A stretch of DNA of 63,736 nt, counting the filler, from Octopus bimaculoides (lineage: Eukaryota), in NCBI RefSeq assembly GCF_001194135.2. It is 4 parts of 4 records of this genome, joined end to end, with 100 filler letters (N's around TTAATTAATTAA, not from the genome) between each part and the next. Parts side by side here need not be neighbours in the genome. Positions count along the whole stretch, not along the records: positions 62,205 to 63,736 come from NC_068996.1; 3 more parts are not named here. The stretch is one strand, 5' to 3'. Below are positions 63,695-63,736 of the stretch, piece by piece. The translations under genes and the position numbers were made by a program. Position 1 is the first letter of the stretch. Every line of letters starts with the position of its first letter. The notes beneath the pieces were generated by a model. That model saw only the letters and a program-made list of their open reading frames with translations. It was not told the DNA's origin and did no database searches.

Positions 63695-63736
<42 letters not shown>

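Overview
Eukaryotic, AT-rich, microsatellite-laden, repeat-dominated DNA. The repeat landscape is most consistent with an Octopus genome; this is inference, not a database match. No intact host protein-coding gene, rRNA, true tRNA or CRISPR array can be supported. Three artificial 44N-TTAATTAATTAA-44N joins (15501-15600, 45517-45616, 62105-62204) split the window into four pieces whose adjacency is not sequence-supported. Recognisable retroelements: RTE LINE fragments, two head-to-tail L1/Tx1-type ORF1+endonuclease modules lacking RT, a Ty3/gypsy gag-pro fragment, a long decayed CR1-group LINE, a CR1 3' end and a Penelope-type GIY-YIG remnant. Also present: a mariner transposase fragment, hAT and mariner MITEs, at least four tRNA-headed SINE families, an RTE-tail repeat family, 73/31/30-bp minisatellites and many compound microsatellites. 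The leads most worth checking are a trihelix Myb/SANT-like domain at the N-terminus of the CR1-group ORF1, a variable-copy GCCAGT-N8-ACTGGC hairpin array in the RTE-tail family, the RT-less Tx1 tandem, a zero-loop 224-bp foldback and a decayed Cys-rich coding-like region. None of these is established as a new system from sequence alone.
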